This document shows, piece after piece, positions 1-10,554 of a stretch of 16,865 nt of DNA. Below the pieces are notes generated by a model. The model was given only the letters and a program-made list of their open reading frames with translations, was not told the DNA's origin and did no database searches. The position numbers and the translations under genes were made by a program. The stretch is from contig JANKJI020000002.1 in the NCBI GenBank assembly GCA_024626585.2, positions 202,718,357-202,735,221 of the forward strand, read 5' to 3'. Source of the stretch: Ginkgo biloba (Eukaryota > Plantae > Ginkgophyta). Positions within the stretch are counted from its first letter, which is position 1, and the number at the start of each line of letters is the position of its first letter.

Positions 1-214
1 CATCGGCGAGATTCTATTTTCACTTTTCCATTAACCTCAATTATTCAATGGGTTTTGAAATTTCTTATGAAAATTCTTTGTGCGAGTTTATAAATCTTGT
101 ATTTCCTTATATCACATAATTCATTTTAACTTTTCTTATGAATATATTTGTATTTGGTGATTTCATGGTATATGGGTTTCATGTTCTAATTCTTGCTTGT
201 AGGTTTCAGAGCGT

Positions 215-515
215 ATGTAGGTGCAGGTTCCCAAGTTGAGCTGCAGGTTCTCATGTCGTAAATCATTACCCTAAGCTACAGGTTCCCGAGGTTCCATTCT
301 GAGTCGCAGGTTCCCAAGGTTCCCGAGTTACGATAAGTTCTTGACTACCATAGGTTTTTGAGCTGTAAGTTCCTGAGCTCCAATTCCTGAGTTGTAGGTG
401 GAGCTTCCATTCTTAGGTCGTATGCAGGTGCAGGCTCTTGAGCTGACTGTGCAGGAGCATATACAAGTGCAGGTTCCCGAGTTGACTCCATAGACTGTGT
501 AGGTGCAAGTGCAGG
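215..515 (+). repeat. Degenerate short-unit repeat, (GTGC)AGGTTCCCGAG(TTGA)-like
   Basis: Best units are gtgcaggttcccaagttgagct (221-242), gtgcaggctcttgagctgact (428-448) and gtgcaggttcccgagttgact (467-487), with many partial aggttccc units between them. Confidence 0.7.
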
Positions 516-803
516 GCTTCACTTTATCACACTCATATCTATACCCAGGTGCAAATGCATGTGCATGAGCGTATGCGGGTGGTTCGCTTAGAGGTTGAAG
601 AAGCATTCATGCCCATCATACTCATCACCATGCCCATTGCCAATACCAAACACACTGTAGTGGCTTGTGCATCGAGGGACTAACATCCCTATCCCAACTC
701 AGATTTTGAGTGCCCCAAGGTTTAGTTGGTGAATTTGATGCCTTTGTCAAGCTATTTTTGTGCCAAACAATTCTGAGGTCCTTGGAGCTTCATTTCTTTG
801 GTA

Positions 804-1730
804 ATGGGTGTACAAACTATTTGACATAATTCCTCAAAGAAGAAAGTTGCCAAAAAGATAACCACAGGGGATGCCATACTAGAAACCCTTATAAAGAGTA
901 TGGAAGGAAACATGAATAATGTGGAAGAATTGATATAGACCAAGTTCCAAGATTTGTTAACTTTGATTTCCACCCAGTAGAAAATAATTAAAGAGCAGTC
1001 CAATAAACTAATTTTTTTGGAAGAAAACCTCTCAGACCTTTCTAGAACAATAATCTAGGGAACACACATTACAGACCTATCTAAGAAAATTTTAAAGCAA
1101 CATAAAATAATTCAAGTAAAATCACATAACATTGCAAATCTAGAGTTGTTTATTGCCAAACTCCAGTGTACAAAAGATAGTTCTTGGGTTATTGAAACCC
1201 TTAAGGTAGACATCTCAACTAGCATCAAGAACCAGAAAGAGCTTGCATCCAAGATTGAGTCTGTGGATACCACGTGGCTCGGATTGTTAAAGGCAACCAC
1301 AACTCAAAACACCCACCTATTGTAGACATAGTGATCCAAGCCAAATTCGAGGAAGAGAGACAAAGGCAACTAAAGGCCTTTAATTTAAGGATTAGAGGCC
1401 TAAAGCAACAAGATAGTCCACTTGAATTTGTGAAGGATTTTCTAGACAACACCTTAAAATAAAATGAAATCCAACCAAAGAAGGTGTGGTCTACCCATGA
1501 CAACTTCCTCATTATCAAGTTTAATAAATTTCAAGACAGGCTCCAGATTTTATGGTCTAAGAAAACTTTATTTACTCTCCCTAAAAATATTTATATGGAT
1601 GAAGTTCTAACTAGAATATGGTACAAGACCCTAAAGGAGAACAGGTCTAAAATGGTTGAAGTAAGAAATCAAGAAGAATGGGTTGTCATGCAGAGTGTGA
1701 GAGTTTGGATTCATGACTCTCCCAAGCTAG
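804..1730 (+). pseudogene. LINE ORF1p remnant (coiled coil + RRM-like + C-terminal domain)
   Basis: An E/K/Q/L-rich N-terminal half is followed by EEERQRQLKAFNLRIRGL, LIIKFNKFQDRLQILWSKKTL and IYMDEVLT. These match the R..NLRI.G / I.VKF...DR..IL / IY..EDLT pattern of L1/L2/CR1-type ORF1 proteins. No CCHC zinc knuckle is seen. Confidence 0.72.
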
Positions 1731-1738
1731 TCCAAACT

Positions 1739-2595
1739 ATGGCACCCCCCATCCCCTTCTTTATGATGCTCAAATTTTAAGGTTTTACTTTTAGTCACAG
1801 TATGAAATTATGGTGTCTCACTCTTCTTCTCTTTGGGCTCCTTAGACGATTTGATCTATAAATCTGACCTAGTTTTCTTTACTTAAACACATGATAATAA
1901 TGAGAATCCACTTCCCATCTTCTTAGGGTACTCTTAGCTATCAATGTATAAGTTAAAACTCAACCTTGGTTTAATAGGTTCTAGTGGGATCACATGTCTC
2001 TATAAAGATTACCTAGATCTCTTTATCTGACTTGAAGGCTCTGATGCTCACACTAGATTCTTATGGGTATCCTTGGCAAGGAAACCCCCTTCCAGGAAAC
2101 TTTTCTTTGGTGCATGCTAATTTCCTCCAATCTCACCACCTTATACCATTAAATACATTGGTGACTCTCCCTTCACAAATATGCAACCTAAAATCATAAA
2201 TTCTTTTGCTATTGGAGAAATTCTTCGTATAGGATACTTCAACGTATGATTTGGTTGCGTGTAGTGCATAGGGTATGACCTCTACTCTGAATCATTGATG
2301 AACCATCAAATGGAATTCAAGGTAGATGATTTACACCATAATTTAGTCAATTTACCAATCACACCTTATAGTAAACACCTAGGTAGCCTGGGAGACTCTC
2401 ATGATTTGTTCATCCTCAATGGTAGTAACTTCTTTCCACATTCTAGGGGTTTTACATGATTTCCTTTTATTAGTGGGTCTTGTATAGTTGACTATATTCT
2501 TGTTAACAGGTCTATACTATAAAAAATATAGGATCTCCAAGTATCTCCCATATCTCATCCCTCACTGATCATAATGCCCTATCTTTTCAGGTTCC
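1739..2595 (+). pseudogene. LINE ORF2 AP-like endonuclease remnant
   Basis: Hand translation through stops gives V*NY (decayed WN motif), DLVFFT*TH, GSSGITCLYK, RFLWVSL, AC*FPP, IGYFNV* (GDFNAR), LFILNG...GFT*, CIVDYILV and, after a frameshift, LTDHNAL. Confidence 0.85.
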
Positions 2596-2695
2596 NNNNN
2601 NNNNNNNNNNNNNNNNNNNNNNNNNNNNNNNNNNNNNNNNNNNNNNNNNNNNNNNNNNNNNNNNNNNNNNNNNNNNNNNNNNNNNNNNNNNNNNN
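2596..2695. other. Assembly gap (100 N)
   Basis: Run of exactly 100 N, probably a placeholder of unknown size. Confidence 0.99.
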
Positions 2696-3087
2696 AAAAT
2701 TTGTTCTCCCTCTATTGGGGACAAACCCTACATCATATGCCCATAGGCTATAAATGATGTAATGCGAATACACACTCTACTTGTGGTTTCATTCATGTAA
2801 TATGAACTCCTAGGTCAAACCGTAATGCAAAACACCTTGATAAGTAGTCCTATCCAAAAATACAAGACATGAAGTTGTGGATAGTCATAATTACTATATA
2901 TGATGCAATTTTATCAATGGGCGTCAAATCCTAAAGCCATATAAACGATGCAAGAGGAAGATGCTTTTACAGTATCAAGTATAAGGCTTATTATAAGGTT
3001 GTCTCTAGACCATAAAATCAAAATCAACAATGAAAATTTGTTCTCCCTCTATTGGGGACAAACCCTACATCATATGCCCATAGGCTA
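2696..3087 (+). repeat. Perfect 55-bp direct repeat (2696-2750 and 3033-3087)
   Basis: aaaatttgttctccctctattggggacaaaccctacatcatatgcccataggcta occurs twice; the first copy abuts the gap. Confidence 0.95.
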
Positions 3088-3678
3088 AAATTGCAATACT
3101 AGAACCTGCACCATGCATACAGGGTAGAAAAATAGTAGAAACTCATCTACTAAGTATGAGTGTTTAGATATCACCAAATATGTCCAAAGAAGCAATTGAA
3201 TGAAGTTGATTTGTTGCTAGGGTAAAAAGTATAGTACCATGGCCTTTGTGAATGGCTATTTATATACATGTGGGACTAGATTGAGGCTCTAAATCCTTCT
3301 CCAATGTAATAGTCCTGCTTATTAAACTTGAATGCTAACATTATTAAGATCTACAAACATAGATAATCATCACAGGATAAGAAATATTCATTTATATTAA
3401 TGACTAGCATACAAGCAAACGCAACTCCGTGGTAGGCTCAAAAGGTTAGATCGTTATAGGCAAGACGAGTTTTGACAACTCGAGCTAGCATCCACTATTG
3501 GCCATTGGGGACCGCCTAAAAGGGCCTATTTTTCTTACAACTAAACCTCTGGTGACAACATAGTACACACCGTCAACACCAAGCGACTATGACTACTTAG
3601 CTTGATTCCACCCCTTAACTCAACCAACTAGAAGCATTAGGTGTAGGTCTATTTTCAACCCCTCTTTGGCACTAGGAT

Positions 3679-5481
3679 TGTTACATCTCAGACTTCTGTG
3701 AATTTGGTCTTGAAAGGAGGGTCAAGGACAACCTTGAAGAGCACTCCAAAATCAGCTTAAGCCTAAGCATAATGATGGGGCCTAATTACATATTTTGCAC
3801 ATGATGATGAAACCCCATATAGAGGTGCTTAGGAGAGAGAGNNNNNNNNNNNNNNNNNNNNNNNNNNNNNNNNNNNNNNNNNNNNNNNNNNNNNNNNNNN
3901 NNNNNNNNNNNNNNNNNNNNNNNNNNNNNNNNNNNNNNNNNNNNNNNNNNNNNNNNNNNNNNNNNNNNNNNNNNNNNNNNNNNNNNNNNNNNNNNNNNNN
4001 NNNNNNNNNNNNNNNNNNNNNNNNNNNNNNNNNNNNNNNNNNNNNNNNNNNNNNNNNNNNNNNNNNNNNNNNNNNNNNNNNNNNNNNNNNNNNNNNNNNN
4101 NNNNNNNNNNNNNNNNNNNNNNNNNNNNNNNNNNNNNNNNNNNNNNNNNNNNNNNNNNNNNNNNNNNNNNNNNNNNNNNNNNNNNNNNNNNNNNNNNNNN
4201 NNNNNNNNNNNNNNNNNNNNNNNNNNNNNNNNNNNNNNNNNNNNNNNNNNNNNNNNNNNNNNNNNNNNNNNNNNNNNNNNNNNNNNNNNNNNNNNNNNNN
4301 NNNNNNNNNNNNNNNNNNNNNNNNNNNNNNNNNNNNNNNNNNNNNNNNNNNNNNNNNNNNNNNNNNNNNNNNNNNNNNNNNNNNNNNNNNNNNNNNNNNN
4401 NNNNNNNNNNNNNNNNNNNNNNNNNNNNNNNNNNNNNNNNNNNNNNNNNNNNNNNNNNNNNNNNNNNNNNNNNNNNNNNNNNNNNNNNNNNNNNNNNNNN
4501 NNNNNNNNNNNNNNNNNNNNNNNNNNNNNNNNNNNNNNNNNNNNNNNNNNNNNNNNNNNNNNNNNNNNNNNNNNNNNNNNNNNNNNNNNNNNNNNNNNNN
4601 NNNNNNNNNNNNACTCTATGCAGTAGGGCACTCTTGATCAAAGAGTTGTTTTGCAGGGTTTATAGTTGATTTTGGATTTGCATGGACATTAAGGTTTGGT
4701 GAATTTATTGTTTTTCCTAGTTTTTAGGTCTTAAACTCTAATGCCTAGTCTTAGTGGCAGCGTGTCTAGGTAGGGAATTCACTAAGGGGATTGTTATGCA
4801 TAGGTTTAGCCATGCATTTGCATTTATTGGATTATGTTCAACTTGGGACAATACAAGTCGTAACCCTTTTATAAAGATTTATGATTTTCATCATTGGCTA
4901 ATGACAATGAGGGTAGAGCTAGCACCTTGAGAACCTCTCGGAGATGCTTTCAATGCTATGAGATGTGCTAGCACTCATAGTGGACCGTACATCTAGATTG
5001 ACTTGCGTGGTTATATGTTTGTGCACATTGATTCTTTGCTCGCTTATATTGCAATTAGTTATGCTCGTATGCATGATATTTTCATGTAGGGATTGATATC
5101 TCGTTATGGAGATAATCTAGCGTTGAAGAGAGGTAGAAAATAGACCTACACCTGGGACTCTTATTTGGTTGTAAGGGATGGGATCAAACATTGTATCTTT
5201 AGTTGCTTGATCTTGACAGTGTGTATTGTGTTACCATTGGAGATTTGATTGTTAGCGAAATAGGTTATTTTAGGTGGCCCTCGATGGCCAGTAATAAATG
5301 CTAGCCCGAGTTGCCAAGTCTACCTTTGCCCCCAATGGTCTTGTTTGTTAAGCTTGTCATGTGGTTGTACTTGTTGTACTAGAGTCGTTAATATAAATGA
5401 ATGTTTCATTATGCTATAAGACTAATGATTTATTTATTTTGTAGCTTTTAATAGTGTTAGCATCTAGGTCTATTGCAAGCA
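3679..5481 (+). mobile_element. Solo LTR of the same family, opposite orientation, about 1803 bp including a 771-N gap
   Basis: Starts TGTTACATCTCAGACTT, homologous to the LTR starts at 10554 and 6912 on the minus strand, and ends TGCAAGCA. Its length matches the reconstructed host LTR. No clean TSD (aggat vs caatc). Confidence 0.82.
3842..4612. other. Assembly gap (771 N, sized)
   Basis: Lies inside the solo LTR; its size agrees with the equivalent segment of the sister LTR (about 5980-6740). Confidence 0.99.
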
Positions 5482-6899
5482 CAATCTCTCAAATGAGATG
5501 TCCACCCCTAATTGATAGTAAATATGCATGCAATCATAATTGAATGCAAATAAGTGTGAGCAAAGAATAATGTGTAAAAAAATAACCATGCAAGTCAACG
5601 TAGATGCATGGCCCACTATGAGTACTAGCACACCTCACAACATTAGAGCATCTTTGAAGGTTCTTAGGGTGCTAGTGCTACCCTCACTGTCAGTGGCCTA
5701 GGATAAAAACCATAAATGGTTAGAAAGGGCTATGGGTTGTACGGGTTCCAAGCTAGACAAAATGCAATAATGCAATGGCATAATAACACCTATGCATTAC
5801 CAATCCCCTTAGTGGATTCCTTACTAGGATAAAATGCCGTCTAAACAAGGTGTTAGTGGTTTAGAACTTGAAAATTGGGCAAAATAATAAATACATCAAA
5901 CGTTAGTATCCATACAAATCCAAAATCACCCAAAACAATACAAAACAACTGTTTGACTAGAATCCAAATGTGCATTCCTATGGTTTACAGACCCCCATAC
6001 ATTCATACATAAGCATAAAATTAGATTTTAGACTCATTTATGCTTTCTGTTAATTTATTGCCATTAAAGGCACTATATAGAAACACATGTAGAAAGTAGG
6101 TTGTAATAAATACTTACAATTTATGGTGAATTACTAGTCGAAGTGAATATCAGAAGATGTTAAATACCTCTATCAACCAAAACATCTCAGTTTAGCCCTT
6201 CAAGAAATAGCGACTCACTTTAGAAGTCAAAGATGGTATAGTGCATGTGCAACAACATGTCGTTAGGTGTTGAAAATGGCCTGCAACTTTTTAGGGAGGT
6301 TGCTAGCCCCTATAATGCAATGAAAGTCTATACTAACCCCTCCAATGAGGTCCCCTTGCCTTAAAGATCAGATTTGAACAATTCTTCAGTGAAAATATGT
6401 ATTGTAACTTGCAATAAATGGAAGAGACTAGTTCTAGATATGAAAGAAATAATTGTTGTCCAGAAACAATGACTTCTAAGGATGCGATGAAGTAGCTAGA
6501 ATGTAGAAAAACGCTTGCCTATTGAAGACACCTTCAATAGGAGATAAGAGAGATGGTGTTATAGAATTATATAAGCACGAACAATCTTTTTTTATGCTAA
6601 AAATTGGGCATAAACCTTCGCATAAGCTTGAGCTTAACCTTGCGGTTGCCCCAAAACTTAAGAAGCCCTTTGTGGCATTACGATCTCTCAAATTACTCCT
6701 CGTTGGAGGATCCTCCTTGCTTTGCCCTTTACAATTTTCTCTCTCCAAAGCACCTCACCATGGGGTTTCATCATCATATTCAGTATGTGTGATTGGGCCC
6801 CATCATTAAGCTTAAGGTATGGCATTTCTTCAAAGGCTAAATTTAATGTGCTTTTCAAGGCTAACTTATGCCCCCTTTCAAGGTCAAGTTTGTAGCACT

Positions 6900-8368
6900 C
6901 TACATTGTAACATCTCTCCTTGCCCCACAGAGATCATTGCCCTCAATAAGCCCAACTTCTCTAACAAAAGCAATAGATCCCCAAGGAGCTTCTTCAAGGG
7001 GATTATTTGACCACTCCACAAGATACTCTATAATTTCCTTGTTTCTTAGCCTCCTTGTCCTCTCATCCAATATGCCAATTGGATCATGAACTTCTTGTTC
7101 TAGTTCCTGGACATCAACATAGACAGGCAAAATATTATCATATATAGATAAAACTTTCTTCAACAAATTCACATGAAACACAAGATGCATCTTGACATGA
7201 GCTAGTGACTGGAGTCTATAAGTCACCTTATTCACTTTTCTTGCACTTGGAAAGGGTTGCAATACCAAGGTAACAACTTAGCACATTACCCTATCGACAA
7301 TGACCTATTAGGCTTAACCCAGAGACATAACATGTCTCCCACCTTGAAAGTCCTCTGTGACGTATGTTGATCTACATACAACTTAGCATGGGATTGTGCT
7401 CTTTCAATGTTCTTTCCGCATTCCCCCAATTCTTCTTGCTTCTTCTCAAGTATCTCTAGAGAAACTTGGGTCTTTCCCTTGAATTTATTCACATCAAGCT
7501 CTAAAGGAATTAAGGGCTTACGACCATACATGGCCTTAAAAGGCATCATACCTATAGCCAAATGCCTACTATTGTTGTATGCGAACGCCACAAAAGGAAG
7601 TCTTTCCTTCCAATTAGTCTGTCTAGTTGTAATATGAGGTTTTAACATATCCTCCATAATTTGATTAACTCTCTTTATTTGATCATCAATTCGAGGATAA
7701 TCACCGCTATTGAATTCCAACTTAGTTCATAATGCAAAGATTAATTCAATCCATATATAACTAGTGAACTTTGAATCTCGATCTTTCCCAATGCTCTTAG
7801 GAACCCCAAACTTGGGAAAGATCTCTGTTATCAAAATATCGTTTAGATCTCTACCCTTGTGGATCTTTTTGCAAGGAATGAATCTTGCCATTTTTGTGAG
7901 ACATTCCACAACAACCAATATCTAATTATATTGTCATTGCGTTCTCGATAGGGATGTCACAAAATCCATAGAGATACTCTCCCACTTGCCTTTGCGAATA
8001 TGCAATGGCATCAATTAACCCTGTGGGTGGATTTCTATATGCCGTGTTCACTTGACATTGCTTATATGTTTGAGTATAATTTGCAATTTCTTTTCTCATA
8101 TTCTTCTAGTAGACATACTTTTTGGCAAACTCATAAGTCTTTAACCTACCCACATGGCTATCAAACAAACTATCATGGAATTCATACAATATCATGTAAT
8201 TCAATTCAACGATCCCTAGGATGAAAATTAGATCTCCATACCATAACAATCCATATTGATATGTAAAATTCTGCATGAACTAACCATTAAACAAAGCTTG
8301 CTTTACCTCTTTGACACCACTTGTCTTGCTCTTGTACCTCTTGACTCTCCTTCTTGAAAAAACCTTGT
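6900..8368 (-). pseudogene. Ty3/gypsy (chromovirus) integrase + chromodomain, decayed
   Basis: Zinc-binding region EFHDSLFDSHVGRLKTY...Y*KNMRKEI..Y...YKQCQ; core KWESISMDFVTSL, VVVECLTKMARFIP, FGVPKSIGKDRDSKFTS, FAYNNSRH..IGMMPFKAMYGR; MHLVFHVNLLKK; chromodomain PIGILDERTRRLRNKEIIEYLVEWSNNPLEEAPW at about 6975-7085. Contains stops and frameshifts. Confidence 0.95.
6913..6926 (-). promoter_or_regulatory. Polypurine tract of the LTR retrotransposon
   Basis: Minus strand reads GGGGCAAGGAGAGA immediately before the TG of the 3' LTR. Confidence 0.8.
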
Positions 8369-9351
8369 TGTTATCGCCCTTTTTCACACCCATGCATTTG
8401 TATTATTCATTTGTGCAATTATCATGGAGTTTTACATCCCATTTAACACTTCTTGTAGGTCATTTATTCATTGTTAGTGCTACATGTGCTCACACTTGCA
8501 TTATGTTGTGCTCCTTAGCTCCATTCATTACTTCATTTACACATTGCCCTTATGCATAACCCTTTCATTGCAATGGTTATCCTATCGTGTGGCCATGTAA
8601 ATCATGTTATCTTGCCGCATGGGCTTTGTGCACACCATTAACCATACATAACCAAATTTTATTGTGCCTCGGTTAATGTTATACATTTAGCTTTTTCTTT
8701 GCAATCTTATTACACATAGGATTTTCACCTAGGGCAAGCCTACATTATATGCTTCCCCCAAGGTCATAAGGTTCATTTATTATATAAATACCTCTTTAGG
8801 CACAAGCTAAAGGGGCATGGGGAATCTCTGATTATAGCATCTTGCTTGTTTGCATGGACTTTCTCAGAGATTGTTGAGAAGGCGTGGCTCATTCATGTCA
8901 TTTTATGGAAAAATGCTATCACTATAACACTTCATATAATTGAGGCCTTATATTGTTAATCTCGCATGTGACCATTCGTTGTGAAGAAGAGAAGAGAGGG
9001 AAAAGGGATTGTGTTCGTTTAGGATATCAATTTTCATTTGGTGAGATCATTTCATGCTGCCACTTTGTCCCTTTTATTAAGCAATTATTCTTTTTGCATA
9101 AACTTGTGTCTCTTTATGTTTGCCATTTCTTTATTTCCTTGGAGCACACATATTTTGCTTTGTTCTCTTATTGCATATATTACAAGTTTAGCTATCCATC
9201 TCGGAGTTCACTTCGAGCCATCCAAGAGAACAAGCATCTTCAAGGGAGCATCTTCTCATCCCCCATCACACTCATTTGTGTTTCCTATGTTTATGCCATT
9301 TTTTAATTCGTCCTGTTTACACATTTTGCAGGGGCAGTTTTTGGCATAACA
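8369..9351 (+). mobile_element. 983-bp solo LTR of a different family inserted in the gypsy pol
   Basis: Termini TGTTATCGCC ... GGCATAACA (TG..CA, inverted); flanks cttgt / cctat form a degenerate 5-bp TSD; TATAAATA at 8783-8790. Excising it restores the pol frame NNISII|QGFFKKESQEVQEQD. Strand is inferred from the TATA only. Confidence 0.82.
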
Positions 9352-9651
9352 CCTATATAATTGAAATATTATTCACATGTGGCATTATGGATTGTGCTTC
9401 AGCTATTATATTCTTTTTTTTTGCTTTATAGGTCATCTTGGGCTTGAACACCTCAAATCTCATAGCCCACTTATATTGCCTAGAGCCTAATTCAACCTTA
9501 GGCAAAAAAGATAACAAAGGCTTATGATCTGTCGCAACTTCCAATTCATCTTTCTTCAAATAATGCTTCCAAATTTTAATGGCATGAATCATTGTTAGAA
9601 GTTCTTGATCATAAATTGTATGCCTCTGTTTTGTTTCATTCATCTTCCTAC
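9352..9651 (-). pseudogene. Ty3/gypsy RNase H remnant
   Basis: RKMNETKQRHTIYDQELLTMIHAIKIWKHYL...VATDHKPL...LGSRQYKW...TYKAKKKNIIAEAQS; the RNase H then integrase order is gypsy-type. Confidence 0.93.
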
Positions 9652-9751
9652 NNNNNNNNNNNNNNNNNNNNNNNNNNNNNNNNNNNNNNNNNNNNNNNNN
9701 NNNNNNNNNNNNNNNNNNNNNNNNNNNNNNNNNNNNNNNNNNNNNNNNNNN
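9652..9751. other. Assembly gap (100 N)
   Basis: Run of exactly 100 N. Confidence 0.99.
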
Positions 9752-9805
9752 GGACGCGCTCCCGTCCCTTGCGTCCCCCCGTCCCCAAGTACCCATGCAA
9801 CCTTG
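9752..9805. mobile_element. GC-rich terminus of a putative DNA transposon (ends ACCCATGCAACCTTG)
   Basis: About 50 bp similar to 14644-14692 with an identical last 15 bp; marks the point where homology of the adjacent LTR copy stops. Confidence 0.55.
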
Positions 9806-9807
9806 GG

Positions 9808-10554
9808 TTCTTAGTTCAACTCCTTAGAGTGCAACAACTCATTGCTAAAGCCAAGTATGATGCAGTGCATGTGTAGAAATGGGTTGCTGGGTGTTGAAAA
9901 TGGCCTATGACTTCATTTGGATGTTTATTGGGCCCCACAATGCAATAAAAGTCCATACTAATCTCTCGAATGAGGTTGCCTTGCCTTAGAGATCAGATAC
10001 GAATAATTCTTCAGTGAAAATATGTGATGTAACCTACAATAAATGCCAATGACTAGTTTTAGATATGAAAGAAATAACTATTGTCTAGATACAACTTATA
10101 GGGATGTAGTCACAATGCTAGAATGCAGAAAATAGCTTGCCTATTGAAGATGCTTTTAGTAGGAGATAAGAGAGATAATGTTATGGAATTATCTAAGACC
10201 AGACAATCCCCTTTTATACCAAAAATTGGGCACAAACCCCCACACAAGGTTGAGCTTAACTTTAGGTCTGCTCCAAACCCTAAGAAACCCTTTATAGCAC
10301 TGTAATCTCTCAAATTGCTCCTTGGAGAGAGGCGACCCCTGCTAGAGGACTCTCTTGGCTTTGCCCTTCATAAATTTCTCTCTCTCTTAAGCACCTCACC
10401 ATGGGGTTTCATCATCATGTTCAATATGTGTGATTGGGCTCCATCATTAAGCTTAGGTTTTAACATGCCTTCCAAGGCTAAATTTAATTTGCTCTTCAAG
10501 GTTGACTTTGGCCCTCCTTTCAAGGTCAAATTTGCATAAGTCTGAGCTGTAACA
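9808..10554 (-). mobile_element. Truncated LTR copy (first about 750 bp), possibly the 5' LTR of the gypsy element
   Basis: Collinear with 6185-6912 (roughly 70-80% identical by eye); starts TGTTACA at 10554 on the minus strand. Confidence 0.88.

Larger units (their letters stand above)
804..2595 (+). mobile_element. Decayed LINE (non-LTR retrotransposon): ORF1 plus 5' part of ORF2, cut by an assembly gap
   Basis: ORF1 remnant at about 804-1730 is followed directly by an APE endonuclease remnant at about 1739-2595. Both carry multiple stops and frameshifts. No RT is seen after the gap. Confidence 0.85.
3316..6912 (-). mobile_element. 3' LTR of the gypsy element, about 1794 bp, split into 6912-5482 and 3678-3316 by a nested solo LTR
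   Basis: On the minus strand it starts TGTTACA at 6912, directly after a PPT, and ends AATAAGCA at 3316. Segment 5482-5965 is reverse-complement homologous to about 4630-5115, and 3316-3678 to about 5115-5481. Confidence 0.85.

Noticed and set aside
215-515. CRISPR-like array
   Set aside because: Units are degenerate and irregularly spaced, there are no unique spacers of constant length, and the context is eukaryotic.
3786-4641. Long ORFs of 270-281 aa, and the other X-containing ORFs at 2579-2773 and 9592-9876
   Set aside because: Artefacts of translating through N gaps; only the RNase H part of 9353-9796 is real.
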